64,000 bases of DNA. Origin: Candidatus Cloacimonadales bacterium. GTDB lineage: Bacteria > Cloacimonadota > Cloacimonadia > Cloacimonadales > JAIOQZ01. The stretch is from the NCBI GenBank assembly GCA_963665815.1, contig OY762463.1, forward strand, positions 1,696,001 through 1,760,000, given 5' to 3'. Position numbers and translations under genes: made by a program. Below, piece after piece: positions 20,990 to 31,655 of this stretch (positions are counted from its first letter, which is position 1; every line of letters begins with the position of its first letter). The notes below the pieces were generated by a model. That model had not been told where the DNA came from and ran no database searches. It saw nothing but the letters and a program-made list of their open reading frames with translations.

Positions 20990-21454
20990 ATGAAAAGATT
21001 TATTATTCTGGCAGTATTACTTGCAGCATTAGTTTTATGTGCTGAACCGGTGAAAACATGGGAAACAGAATCCGGACTAAAAATTTCGATCCTTGTTGAA
21101 AGTGACAGCACAAAAGTAGTTGAAAAATATGATTTCCCTACAATGCACTATGAAGGAAGACTTTTGAATGGCAGAAAATTTGACAGTTCAATTGATCCCG
21201 GCACACCAATAACTTTTATCATTGGCATGGGAGAAATGATTGCAGGCATTGAAGAAGGAATGCTGGGAATGCGTCCGGGAGAAACAAGAAGACTGATTAT
21301 CCCGCCAAGCCTCGGATATGGTCAACACTGGTATGAGAACGTAATCCCACCTAATTCAACTCTGGATTTCACAATACAGTTGTTATCTTTGAAAAAGCAC
21401 AAATTGAACCTTAAAAAAGAAATTAAAAATGAATCAGGTTCTAACTCTCAATAG
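20990..21454 (+). CDS. FKBP-type peptidyl-prolyl isomerase, exported
   Basis: Signal peptide; 'HYEGRLLNGRKFDSS', 'IPPSLGYG', 'IPPNSTLDF'. Confidence 0.92.
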   Translation: MKRFIILAVLLAALVLCAEPVKTWETESGLKISILVESDSTKVVEKYDFPTMHYEGRLLNGRKFDSSIDPGTPITFIIGMGEMIAGIEEGMLGMRPGETRRLIIPPSLGYGQHWYENVIPPNSTLDFTIQLLSLKKHKLNLKKEIKNESGSNSQ

Positions 21455-22219
21455 AACTTCAGAATATTCAATTATTTTCCTGAAACCAATCTTTTCATAA
21501 CATCTGATAGCAGAATAGTTATCTGATTTAACATTCAATGCAATATAATCGCACGATTTAAACAAATCAGCACAAATCGAAGATGTAATTAACTCGCCTA
21601 ATCCCATTCCTCTGAAATCTCTATGTACTGCAATAGAACCCAATGCTGCGATCCTGTATTGATCAGAACAAGTATGTATTCCCCCAAATGCAAGCCATTT
21701 ATTTTCTTTAAGTATTACTTTAAACTTACCTGAATTTAACAACTCATGATCGAACCAGTTCTCAGGATAATGCTCATTCAAAAAAGTATGCACTTCAGCG
21801 ATTTCATCAGGTCTGACTGTTCTTATTATATAATCACTTTCTAAGAGTTCTTTGTGGTTTGAAAAGGTCATTCCCATTCGAAAAGATTTGATATTTTGTT
21901 CAACCGTGAACTCAGTTTTCAATAAATCCACAACTTCACTGTTTGCATGCAAATAGAACTTGTTTTCAAGATCAGGAATAAGTTTTCGCCACATATTCAG
22001 CACATTGATGTTAATCTCAGGAACAATATTTATGTATATTGGTGTTTCAAACTTGGAATATCTCATTATCACACTTGAGCTGCTTTTATCCTCAGAACCG
22101 ACATAATAATCAGTAAACCTCCAGTAAGAATCATCCAAATCAGATAATCTATAAGCATTATGAAAAGGATATCTTACCAGATTATCGTATAACGCTTGTT
22201 TGCTCTTGGATTTTTTCAT
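21434..22219 (-). CDS. GNAT family acetyltransferase
   Basis: C-terminal 'AVHRDFRGMGLG', 'LNVKSDNYSAIRCYEKIGF'. Confidence 0.85.
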   Translation of the reverse strand: MKKSKSKQALYDNLVRYPFHNAYRLSDLDDSYWRFTDYYVGSEDKSSSSVIMRYSKFETPIYINIVPEININVLNMWRKLIPDLENKFYLHANSEVVDLLKTEFTVEQNIKSFRMGMTFSNHKELLESDYIIRTVRPDEIAEVHTFLNEHYPENWFDHELLNSGKFKVILKENKWLAFGGIHTCSDQYRIAALGSIAVHRDFRGMGLGELITSSICADLFKSCDYIALNVKSDNYSAIRCYEKIGFRKIIEYSEVLLRVRT

Positions 22220-23667
22220 TAATCCAGAGACAGCATTTTTACATTTTCACTGTAGTTTTCGAATCTCAGATTATCAAGATCACGCATTTTCTGTAAAAGT
22301 TTTCTGATTCTCTCGAGAGAACCTTCCATTCTATCAATAAGTTTTGTCTGTTTGTCAGTAAGATTATCTTCGTCCATTGACATCTTAAGAAGGTCCAGGC
22401 TGCCCTGTAAAATCATCAACGGTTGATTAACCTCATGGTTTGTTGTTATAGCCATAGCCAAAGCAGTGTTTTTCTTTTCAAGATCTATTATTGCACTCTG
22501 AGACTTTTTCAAATCGGCATAAGACTGATAAAGCAGATTTGTTTTCTGCTCTATAGCTGACTTCTGAGCATTGATTATCTTTAGTTTTTCAGGGATTTCC
22601 TGATTCTTTAACTTTGAGATCTCTTTCTCTTTCTCTTCACTCATTTCTTCATATTTTCTTTGAATCAAATTTATTTTATGGCTTGTTATTTCTTTTTCGA
22701 TTTCCATACTCAGTTCTTCAGATTCAAGCATATTTTCGTATGCTTTCTCATAATCTTCTTTCAAAGAATGTATTGTTGCCTCATATCTCAAACATTGTCT
22801 TACATCAGTTTTATGATCAGTCTTTTTTGAAAGTTCTTTTGATTTAGCAAGATATTTCAACGCTGTGTCATAGTCTTCCATATACCTGTAACATCTTGCA
22901 ATATTATAGTTTGTCTTTGCAACACCTCTAAGATCATTCAGCTTCTCTTTTATCTTTAAAGATTCTTCAAGATAATCCTTTGCCTTTTCAAACTCCTCAC
23001 ATTGAGTAAAAATTATGCCAAAATTATTGAGAGCCTTTGCAATTCCATTCTGATGTTTAACTGCCCGATAATCATCCAGACTTTCCTGAGTATATTCCAG
23101 AGCTTTTTCCAATTCATCGCAATCAATATATAGTAAGCCAATATTCAGTTTAACTGTTCCAAGCCTTTTCTTATCCCCAAGTTTTTCCCTTATCTGGAGT
23201 GATTTCATCCAATACTCAAGAGCTTTGTCAGTATCCTTTAAGCGACGATATATAACTCCAATGCTATTCAATTGACATGCTATACTCTCCTGATTGTCCA
23301 TCTTTTCGTCTATCTGTAAAGCCTGCAGAAAGTATTCAAGAGCTTTTTCATATTTTGCCTGCCACACAAAGCAACATGCATATTTGGTAATTGCACTGGA
23401 AAGTCCACCAAAATCATTTTCATTCTCACATAGTTCAATAGATTTTTTCAGGTAAATTTTGGCAAGATCATAACGATTCATATGTAGATATATTTGTCCT
23501 AAAAGATTTGTCAGCTTTATTTCATGCTCAGTTTCACCCTTCCCCTCAATTCTATCAAGAGCTTCCTGTGCAATCTTCTCACAGACAGCTCCTTTTTCAA
23601 TTGAGTTCTCAGCTATATAATTTATCAGTTCTTCAATGGATCTATCTTCTAATCTCACATTAACCAC
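22219..23667 (-). CDS. TPR-repeat protein with C-terminal HisKA (DHp) domain, no HATPase
   Basis: Multiple TPRs ('LNSIGVIY', 'LNIGLLY', 'LNNFGIIF'); H-box 'TTNHEVNQPL'; protein ends ~70 aa after the His. Confidence 0.8.
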   Translation of the reverse strand: MVNVRLEDRSIEELINYIAENSIEKGAVCEKIAQEALDRIEGKGETEHEIKLTNLLGQIYLHMNRYDLAKIYLKKSIELCENENDFGGLSSAITKYACCFVWQAKYEKALEYFLQALQIDEKMDNQESIACQLNSIGVIYRRLKDTDKALEYWMKSLQIREKLGDKKRLGTVKLNIGLLYIDCDELEKALEYTQESLDDYRAVKHQNGIAKALNNFGIIFTQCEEFEKAKDYLEESLKIKEKLNDLRGVAKTNYNIARCYRYMEDYDTALKYLAKSKELSKKTDHKTDVRQCLRYEATIHSLKEDYEKAYENMLESEELSMEIEKEITSHKINLIQRKYEEMSEEKEKEISKLKNQEIPEKLKIINAQKSAIEQKTNLLYQSYADLKKSQSAIIDLEKKNTALAMAITTNHEVNQPLMILQGSLDLLKMSMDEDNLTDKQTKLIDRMEGSLERIRKLLQKMRDLDNLRFENYSENVKMLSLD

Positions 23668-23845
23668 CTATCTAATACTATGTTAAGAAATGCATAGTTC
23701 ATCTTAGCATATAGTATTCATTGTCAAGGAAAAAATCCTACATTGTTCTGAAGCGTTTACTACCGTCCGAAATGATGAAATTTCAAAAATAAATTGACAA
23801 GCATTGTTAATGCTGCGGTGATAAATTGTTAAGAAGAAAATCATT

Positions 23846-26800
23846 ATGTCTCAGGAGAGAGATTTGAAAAAAATTGCAGCCTTATATTTTTTGTCTTTTA
23901 TTATCCTCATATTTCCGTTTTTTGCTTATGCTGAAATAATTAATGGTTCAAGCGGTAAAGATTCACCAAATGTAAAAGCTTTCGTTGATTCCATTCTGAC
24001 ATCATCCAAAGAGATAATCAGTGCGAACCCGGGCAGAGCCAGATATATTCTTGAAAAAGCTGTAAAGGAAATCCCGGAGAATGGATATAACTATGAAAAA
24101 AGCATGCTTTACAAACAACTGGCATCATCATACTACAGACTTGGTAATTATAATTCAGCGATAAAATACAACAACAAAGCTCTATCATGTCTCACAAACT
24201 CAGAACATGATTCTGCACTCGGATCAATATATAACAATTTTGGTGTTTTTTATAAAGCCGCAGGGAATTATAAAGCTGCTCTGGAATATAACGAAAAGGC
24301 AAAAGCTATTTTCGAAAAAAATAACAGTAAAAGCAAAGTTGCTGTGATTTTGATCAATATGGGTAATATCGCAGCATTAATGAGTGACAGTCAAAATGCA
24401 GAGAAGTATTTCAACAAATCTATTGATATGTGCAGAGAAAACAACTTTGATAAACTACTTATAATGGCATATATCAATTATGGATTATCATGCAACATGA
24501 ATGGAATGTCAGAAAAAGCTGTTGATAATTTCAAAAAAGCCCTTAAGCACAGTGAACTGATAAATGATGAATTGAATATTGCTAAATGTCATAATAATCT
24601 TGGGCTTGTATACTTCGAGTCAGGCAAATATGATAAAGCCCTTCATCAATATGAAGCATTACTTGATCAGAAAATGAGCATTGGAGACAGTCTCAGTATA
24701 GCTTCAACTTTAAATAACATAGGACTGATATACGACAGAAGCGGAAAGTTCTTTCAAGCATTGTCACACTATTCTCAAGCTCTTGATATCCAGAAAAAGA
24801 AGAAAAAAGACACTAATCTTGTGAGATACTTGAATAATATTGCGGGAATATATCAGAATTATGGATTGGGTAAGAACGAATCAAGATTTGCTGACAATAT
24901 ACAGGATATTGAGCAAGAAATCTCTAAAAGCAACGAATCTTTCTTAAACTGGTATTATCTGAACCTTTCCAGTGTTAATTCGAGAAAAGACTTTTCCAAC
25001 AAATCACTTGAATTCAGTAAAGAAGCTCTTGCAACTGCCAATGAACTTTCATTCGTTGAAGGTAAGATTACTGCTCTGAATAATATAGGACTAGTATACG
25101 ACAGTCAGAAGAAACCTGATCTCGCTCTGGAATATTACGAAAAAGCCTATCAGCTTCAGAATAAGAATAAACGTAATGGTAATCCAGGGCTTCTTGAGTA
25201 TAATATCGGAAATCTCTATCTGCAGAAAGGAGATAATCGCACTGCCCTGAAGTATCTCAAAACAGGTTTAAAAGCTGCAGAGCAGAAGAACGACTCATCC
25301 CAGCTCATGAATTACCATTTTGCGATATCAAAAGCATATGCAAATCTGCACAATTTCAAGAAGGCATATTATCATTATAATCAATACGTAGCTGCCAAGG
25401 ATGTTGTCTACAACAAGAACAATCAGAAAATTATCGCTGAACTGAAAGAGAAATATGATGCCGAGGCTAGCGAGCAGGCAAACAAACTTCTCATAAACGA
25501 ACTGGAAATAAAAGAGCTGCAGAATCACCGTCAGAGAATGATGTCAGCCTTTGTTTCAGTAACAGCTCTGTTAATACTTTTTATTCTTATATACATTTAC
25601 GGACGTTATCGTCAAAAAAACAAAATGGCTCTGAAGCTTAAAGAAATTGTCGAGGATAAGACAAGGCACCTTACTACAGAAATTAAGGAACGTAAACAGA
25701 TTGAAGATGAGTTAAGAGTTGAAAGAAACATGTTCTTCAATATTTTTCATAACTCTCCTTATGGTATGGTATTATATGAAAATGGCAAGATTAAACTGCT
25801 TAATCCGGAATGTATCAATATCCTGGGTTATCAGCGTAAAGACCTTGTTAATCTTGAAACTGTATTGAATGCTGTTTCCACAAATGAAGAGCAGAAATCG
25901 AAACTGCAGAACATCATAACTCGAGAACTAAAAGGTGCAGAAGGCATCAGAGACTTTGAGCTTAAAATGATGACAAAGGACGGTATTCAGAAAGATATTG
26001 AAATTCGTCTTACATTCCTTACAAATGATGCGGTCATAGCAATACTCTCAGATGTAACCAAGAAAAAGCAGTCTGAACTTAACCTTAAGAAAAGAGAAAG
26101 CCAGTACAGAAATCTGGTAGAAAACTCACCAACAGGTATTATCTCAATTGATGACAGAGGAAATGTAATCAACATTAACCAGAAAATGATTGAGATTGTC
26201 GATTTACCGCTTATAGAAGACTTATTCGCAATCAGATTCTTTGAATTCAGTTTATTCTCAAACAGCGGAATAGCCGATGACTTCAAGCAATGCCTTAAAG
26301 ACGGTTGTCCTGCCGTATATGAAAAACAGGTTCAAACTGAGAAAAACGGACTTCTGGTTCTGAGATATCATCTAAATCCAATAGATGATGCTGAAGGCAA
26401 CATTGTTGGGGTTCAGGCAAACTTCGAGGATATAACAAGCAGAATCAGCAGTGAAAAAGCACGTATCAGACTGGAAAAGGCAATTGAACAGGCACATGAA
26501 TGTGTGATGATTACAGATAAAGACTGCATTATTCAATACATTAATCCTGCAGTAACCAATATCAGCGGATATACATCTGAAGAGATTATTGGCAAAAAAC
26601 CAAACATACTCCACAGTGGAGAACATGATAGAGAGTTTTATGACAAACTGAAAACCACAATAAAAAGCGGACTTATCTGGAGCGGTCACTTTATAAACAA
26701 GCGTAAAGACGGGACCAATTACGAAGAAAACGCTACTATCACACCGATCAAAAACGAAACCGGAGAAATTACAAATTACGTTGCAGTGAAAAGAGATGTT

Positions 26801-27964
26801 ACTGAACAGCTCAGACTGGAATCCCAGTTAAGGCAAGCCCAGAAAATGGAGGCTATTGGTACTCTTGCAGCAGGAATTGCTCACGATTTCAACAACATTC
26901 TCAATATTCTACTTCAAAGAAATGAACTGGTTATGCTGTATGCAGAAAGTATGCCGAAAATACATAGTAAGTTAAAGGAATCCGAAAGAACAATATACCG
27001 CGCAAAAGATCTGGTTACTCAAATACTTGCATTCAGCAGACAATCCGAGCAGGAAGTTAAATGTGTTGAGGCCAGAATAATTGTTAAAGAAGCATCAACT
27101 ATAATCCGGGCTTCTATTCCTTCAACAATTAACATTGTAAGAAAAAAACTTTGCTACAGCAAAATCTATGCAGATCCTACCCAACTGTATCAAGTCATTG
27201 TAAATCTGGTAACAAACGCATACCATGCTATGCAGGATACGGGTGGTACAATTACCCTTGGACTGGAAGACGTGATATATAAAGACATCCCTGACGCTGT
27301 TAAGCAGGACCTGGAATATCAGGATTATGTCAGACTATCCATAGCCGACACAGGACCGGGAATACCTCCACATATCCTCGAAAGAATATTCGATCCGTAC
27401 TTTACTACCAAAGCCAAAGGACGAGGAACCGGCATGGGGCTCTCAATCGTGCATGGCATTGTGAAAAGCTATGGCGGAGCAATTGAAGTCAATACGGAAA
27501 TAGGTTCAGGAACAACGTTCAACATATACTTCCCTCTGGCAAACCAGGAAGTAGAATCAATAAATTCAGGAAAAAATGGAGCTCAGATAAAAGGTAATGC
27601 AAAAGTGATGTTCGTAGATGATGAGGAAGATCTGGTTGAACTCTTCAAAGAAGGACTCGAACGTTACGGATACTCCGTTGATTCATTCATATCCAGCATT
27701 GATGCTCTGGAAGCATTCAAAAAGAATCCTTATAACTATGAGATCCTGATTTCCGATTATACAATGCCCGGTTTAACAGGACTTCAGCTTGCAGACTCAA
27801 TTTCAAAAATAAGGGATAAGTTCCCTATAATCATCTGTTCAGGACTCAGCGAAGAACTTAGTGCCTCTATTGCCGAGAAAGCAGGAATTAGAGATATTGT
27901 CAAAAAACCTGTTTCAATATCTGACCTGGCAGATATTATCGAGTCACATATCGCAAAAGAATAA
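23846..27964 (+). CDS. Hybrid sensor histidine kinase: extracytoplasmic TPR array, TM, three PAS, HisKA, HATPase, REC
   Basis: TPRs ('YNNFGVFY', 'LNNIGLIY'), '[21 protein letters not shown]', 'DTGPGI', 'GTGMGL', receiver 'FVDDE...SDYTMP..TG...KP'. Confidence 0.95.
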   Translation: MSQERDLKKIAALYFLSFIILIFPFFAYAEIINGSSGKDSPNVKAFVDSILTSSKEIISANPGRARYILEKAVKEIPENGYNYEKSMLYKQLASSYYRLGNYNSAIKYNNKALSCLTNSEHDSALGSIYNNFGVFYKAAGNYKAALEYNEKAKAIFEKNNSKSKVAVILINMGNIAALMSDSQNAEKYFNKSIDMCRENNFDKLLIMAYINYGLSCNMNGMSEKAVDNFKKALKHSELINDELNIAKCHNNLGLVYFESGKYDKALHQYEALLDQKMSIGDSLSIASTLNNIGLIYDRSGKFFQALSHYSQALDIQKKKKKDTNLVRYLNNIAGIYQNYGLGKNESRFADNIQDIEQEISKSNESFLNWYYLNLSSVNSRKDFSNKSLEFSKEALATANELSFVEGKITALNNIGLVYDSQKKPDLALEYYEKAYQLQNKNKRNGNPGLLEYNIGNLYLQKGDNRTALKYLKTGLKAAEQKNDSSQLMNYHFAISKAYANLHNFKKAYYHYNQYVAAKDVVYNKNNQKIIAELKEKYDAEASEQANKLLINELEIKELQNHRQRMMSAFVSVTALLILFILIYIYGRYRQKNKMALKLKEIVEDKTRHLTTEIKERKQIEDELRVERNMFFNIFHNSPYGMVLYENGKIKLLNPECINILGYQRKDLVNLETVLNAVSTNEEQKSKLQNIITRELKGAEGIRDFELKMMTKDGIQKDIEIRLTFLTNDAVIAILSDVTKKKQSELNLKKRESQYRNLVENSPTGIISIDDRGNVININQKMIEIVDLPLIEDLFAIRFFEFSLFSNSGIADDFKQCLKDGCPAVYEKQVQTEKNGLLVLRYHLNPIDDAEGNIVGVQANFEDITSRISSEKARIRLEKAIEQAHECVMITDKDCIIQYINPAVTNISGYTSEEIIGKKPNILHSGEHDREFYDKLKTTIKSGLIWSGHFINKRKDGTNYEENATITPIKNETGEITNYVAVKRDVTEQLRLESQLRQAQKMEAIGTLAAGIAHDFNNILNILLQRNELVMLYAESMPKIHSKLKESERTIYRAKDLVTQILAFSRQSEQEVKCVEARIIVKEASTIIRASIPSTINIVRKKLCYSKIYADPTQLYQVIVNLVTNAYHAMQDTGGTITLGLEDVIYKDIPDAVKQDLEYQDYVRLSIADTGPGIPPHILERIFDPYFTTKAKGRGTGMGLSIVHGIVKSYGGAIEVNTEIGSGTTFNIYFPLANQEVESINSGKNGAQIKGNAKVMFVDDEEDLVELFKEGLERYGYSVDSFISSIDALEAFKKNPYNYEILISDYTMPGLTGLQLADSISKIRDKFPIIICSGLSEELSASIAEKAGIRDIVKKPVSISDLADIIESHIAKE

Positions 27965-27965
27965 T

Positions 27966-28123
27966 GAGAGCTTTATATAATAGCAAAACCAATCAGAATT
28001 GGTTAAAAAATATCGGTGAGATTTCTGAGTTGATCAGGAAAACTTCATTAAAGAAGCTTAATTTGAGTCAGAATTTGATGGGTTCTAAAATCGAGTCAAC
28101 TACCCCAATTATGCAAGGGTCGC
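27966..28123 (+). mobile_element. MITE-like repeat family A, copy 3
   Basis: gagagctttatataat...ttctaaaatcgagtcaactaccccaattatgcaagggtcgc; starts 1 nt after the kinase stop codon. Confidence 0.8.
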
Positions 28124-28227
28124 ATAATCTTCGAATCTGTGTATGTTAACCGATTATAACTATTCATTTTCGGGTATACACTTTCATCAATCAGCTAATA
28201 TCAACATCTCAGCCATGTTCCTTGAAT

Positions 28228-28243
28228 TGGCATGAATATAGCA
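28228..28243 (+). promoter_or_regulatory. Possible sigma-54 (-24/-12) promoter for the PilZ gene
   Basis: TGGCAT-GAATA-TAGCA, correct GG-N10-GC spacing, just upstream of the AGGAGA RBS. Confidence 0.45.
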
Positions 28244-28264
28244 TATATTGTCTCAGGAGATATT

Positions 28265-28642
28265 ATGGAAAGAAGATATAACCCAAGAGTTCCTACAGAT
28301 AAAATGATTCATTTTTCGGTTCTATCGGAAAATCAGATAGAAGAGTATTCCGGTATTGCAAAAAACTGTAATTACGGTGGACTCTTTCTGGAATCAGAAA
28401 AAATAGTTCCTCAAAATACGGAAATCATTGTTGAATTTGAGTTTAAGAAAGAACCAAGACCAGTTAAGGCTAAAGCTAGTGTCAGATGGATTCGAGAAGA
28501 AGAACCCGTCGGCATGGGAATTCAACTGCTTGAGTTTGAAAAAGACGAGCAGAGAAACTTCTCACTCTGGTTATCTGATCTTTGCAGATGCTTAGGATAT
28601 AAGGATAATCAAGACGGGGATATTGACGAACTGATTTTTTAA
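28265..28642 (+). CDS. PilZ domain protein (c-di-GMP receptor candidate)
   Basis: RxxxR 'RRYNPR', D/NxSxxG variant 'NCNYGG', 'VRW...GMGIQL'; AGGAGA RBS before ATG 28265. Confidence 0.85.
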   Translation: MERRYNPRVPTDKMIHFSVLSENQIEEYSGIAKNCNYGGLFLESEKIVPQNTEIIVEFEFKKEPRPVKAKASVRWIREEEPVGMGIQLLEFEKDEQRNFSLWLSDLCRCLGYKDNQDGDIDELIF

Positions 28643-28657
28643 GATAATTTCCAGAAC

Positions 28658-29965
28658 TCAGGAATAATTATCGATTTTACTCTGTCGGAGAATTACAGAC
28701 CAGATTTTCTCTACAGTTTCAGTACTTATATTCAGCTTTTCAGCATAAGCGGAAAGCTGTTTTTTTATTGCATCTTCTCTTGCAGAATCAAGCTTTTCTC
28801 TGTTACTCCTTTTCTTCAATTCTGCAACTTGTTTAACAAGCTGATTTCTTCTATAAACAGATAATAGAATATCCTCATCAACCTTATCAATTGCTTCCCT
28901 CAGAAAATCGATACTAACTGAATCAGTATCGGATAGCTTCTCGTAAGAAATGCAGTCTGCGAGTACTAACTTCACCATGGCATTGATCACTGGTAAAATT
29001 CGTGGAACAAGACAAACATCGTGCCTGCCGTCGATCTCTATTGTACGGTTTGTACCGGATTTATCCATGGTCTTTTGCTGTTTACCTATTGACGGAACAG
29101 GCTTGATTGCAACTCTCATTGTAACAATCTCTCCGGTTGAAACACCTCCCAGTACTCCACCGCAATTATTGGACAGAAACTTCCCGTTATTCATATTATC
29201 ATTAGCCTGACTGCCAGACATACCTGCCAGAGCAAATCCTGCCCCGAATTCTATTCCTTTTATTCCACCAATAGACATCAATGCTTCAGACAACTTTGCA
29301 TCAAGTTTTTTAAACACGGGATCACCTAATCCTGCAGGCATATTTTTTACATTAATCTGCACTACAGCCCCAATTGAATCATTTTTTTTCTTTGTATTTT
29401 CCAGCAAATCTATAACATCCGAGTAATTGCTATTGTCTCGCCACTTCAGTTTATTATCAGCGGGATTATTATTACAATCAGAAACAATAGAGCCAATCTG
29501 CACAGGATAGCTCTCTACTGAAATATCTCCCAGCATATCCTCAACAAGACCGGATGCTGCAACTCTGGCAATAGTTTCTCTACCTGAAGCTCTACCCCCT
29601 CCCCTGTAATCAATAATCTTGAATTTTCTGAACCAGGAATAATCTGCATGACCGGGACGAAATATATCTTTCAGTATAGAATAATCCGATGATCTATGAT
29701 CCCTGTTTTCTACAATCAGACAAATTGGCATACCAGTTGTTTTGCCTTCAAAAACTCCTGAGAGTATTTTTATTTTATCAGCTTCGTTTCGTTTTGTTGA
29801 GAATTCACCCTGACCTGGTCTTCTTTCGTTAAGAAGTTCTTGTATTCTATCTAAAGGAAAATCTATTCCTGATCTTACATCTTCCAGTAATACTCCCATG
29901 ACAGGTCCGTGGCTTTCACCAAAGCCTGTAATTCCAATTATTGATTGCCAGTGATTACCACGCAT
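28658..29965 (-). CDS. aroC: Chorismate synthase fused to C-terminal chorismate mutase (AroQ-like)
   Basis: 'FGESHG', 'RPGHAD', 'RGGGRASGRET', 'GRHD.C'; tail 'LREAIDKVDEDILLSVYRR...VAELK...DSARE'. Confidence 0.92.
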   Translation of the reverse strand: MRGNHWQSIIGITGFGESHGPVMGVLLEDVRSGIDFPLDRIQELLNERRPGQGEFSTKRNEADKIKILSGVFEGKTTGMPICLIVENRDHRSSDYSILKDIFRPGHADYSWFRKFKIIDYRGGGRASGRETIARVAASGLVEDMLGDISVESYPVQIGSIVSDCNNNPADNKLKWRDNSNYSDVIDLLENTKKKNDSIGAVVQINVKNMPAGLGDPVFKKLDAKLSEALMSIGGIKGIEFGAGFALAGMSGSQANDNMNNGKFLSNNCGGVLGGVSTGEIVTMRVAIKPVPSIGKQQKTMDKSGTNRTIEIDGRHDVCLVPRILPVINAMVKLVLADCISYEKLSDTDSVSIDFLREAIDKVDEDILLSVYRRNQLVKQVAELKKRSNREKLDSAREDAIKKQLSAYAEKLNISTETVEKIWSVILRQSKIDNYS

Positions 29966-30050
29966 TTGATCTCCATAGTACATATTTGTGTACAATATTA
30001 CTTACATGTGAAAAACTGTCACCTGACTTTTTATTAAATTGGAAAATATC

Positions 30051-30737
30051 ATGGAATATTCAAGCAGACTGGAAAAAAAACTTGTTGAATTGATGCAAAG
30101 CGCGAATTCCCGCTGGGGAATGTTTACCGGAGATGAAAAACTGTTAGTATGCCTTTCAGGTGGAAAGGACAGCTCTGCCCTTTATCATCTGTTACAAATC
30201 ATTCATCCCAAAACACTAGCAGCTCATGTGTACTTTGATCAATCAAAAGCTGAAGAGGTCAGATATATTTTCGGTAACGATGTCGAACTGATTCAAGCTG
30301 ACCCTGCTGTAAAAAAGGGCAAGAATCCATGTTTCAGCTGTTCACGTAACAGACGAAAACTTCTTCTTGAGTATGCACAATCACAGTCTGTCAATAAGCT
30401 GGTAATGGGACATCATAAATCTGATGCAGTAGAAACAATAGTGATGAATATGATTTACTCCCGAGAGATAAGCACAATGACTCCTGTTCAATCTCTTTTT
30501 GAAGGAGAATACTCCATAATTCGCCCTATGTATCTTATTGAAGAGAAACTTATTGAGAAATATTGTTTGGAAAAAAATATTCCGACAATTGATTCCGGTT
30601 GTGAATTTGATAAAAAAACAAAAAGAGAATTCACAAAAAATCTTATTAAAAGCTTGCAGAAAGAACACCCGAAAATTGATATTGAAGATAATATCTTTGC
30701 TTCAATGCATAATATAAAACATGACTTTCTTCCTTAA
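30051..30737 (+). CDS. TtcA-like PP-loop ATPase (tRNA thiolation family)
   Basis: 'SGGKDS', 'NPCFSCSRNRR', 'GHHKSD', 'IRPM'. Confidence 0.8.
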   Translation: MEYSSRLEKKLVELMQSANSRWGMFTGDEKLLVCLSGGKDSSALYHLLQIIHPKTLAAHVYFDQSKAEEVRYIFGNDVELIQADPAVKKGKNPCFSCSRNRRKLLLEYAQSQSVNKLVMGHHKSDAVETIVMNMIYSREISTMTPVQSLFEGEYSIIRPMYLIEEKLIEKYCLEKNIPTIDSGCEFDKKTKREFTKNLIKSLQKEHPKIDIEDNIFASMHNIKHDFLP

Positions 30738-30746
30738 GGAGTATAA

Positions 30747-31655
30747 ATGAGATCATTACGAGTATTTGTGTACATTGCTTTTGCGTTAATATCAGTATTT
30801 CTGATATATATTAATTTTAATCCTGCACTTACAGTATTTAACGGATTTCGTCTATTCTTTGCTGTTGCATTACTTACTGCAACGGGATTTGCCATTTTTG
30901 TTGAAATAAGAGATAAAAAAATACCTTTTTATTTCTTCATCATTGGGTTTTTGCTTTTGAGTGGTGCAATATTCTCAGGAAAATTTCAAACAATCATGTA
31001 TGAGCTGCAGGAAAACAAGAGAATTGAGGCAGCGGAGAAAGAACAAGCTATTCAGGACAGTCTTCTTAAAGCATATAAAGAGAAACACAAACGAAAACCG
31101 GAACCTTTTTACCATTATTATAAAAAGGATGAAATTTGCGAATTGAATCTCAGAGAACTGCAAAATATTGGTAATATAGAGCTAAGAGCTAATCTTCCCC
31201 ATGCCCGAAAATCCAAAAGAAAAATGACTGCTGAGAACCTTGGTACTGACAGATTCAGGGTCATTGGTCAAATGCAGACCGTTCATCGATTCCTCAAAAA
31301 TGATAATGATGCAATTCTGAAAATGTTGAAACCATACTCAGAACCGTTTAATCAGATTTCTACCGGATTCATGCTGAAATTTAAGGACAGCAAGACTGTT
31401 GAAAGCCTGAAGCTTAATGTTTTCTATGAAGTTACGGGAAGGTTAAAGATATCACCATTATTCAAAAAATACGAAACTATAGATGAGTTTAAAAAGAAAG
31501 AACAGACTTTTGGAGTTTATCTTGAAGTTGAATCTTACAGAGAAGTCAATCCTCCTGAAGAGCTTCTGTTAAAGAAAATGAGCAATGTCCCACCGTTCAA
31601 TCCTGTAATTCCAATGTCTGATTCCTTGATGGAGGCAATTAAAAATGCACAATAA
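30747..31655 (+). CDS. Hypothetical membrane protein (three N-terminal TM segments)
   Basis: 302-aa ORF with AGGAG RBS; hydrophobic N-terminus; no recognised motif. Confidence 0.7.
   Translation: MRSLRVFVYIAFALISVFLIYINFNPALTVFNGFRLFFAVALLTATGFAIFVEIRDKKIPFYFFIIGFLLLSGAIFSGKFQTIMYELQENKRIEAAEKEQAIQDSLLKAYKEKHKRKPEPFYHYYKKDEICELNLRELQNIGNIELRANLPHARKSKRKMTAENLGTDRFRVIGQMQTVHRFLKNDNDAILKMLKPYSEPFNQISTGFMLKFKDSKTVESLKLNVFYEVTGRLKISPLFKKYETIDEFKKKEQTFGVYLEVESYREVNPPEELLLKKMSNVPPFNPVIPMSDSLMEAIKNAQ

Noticed and set aside
27964..28149. 61-aa ORF after the hybrid kinase
   Set aside because: Coincides with MITE family A copy 3; no RBS; treated as a chance frame within the repeat
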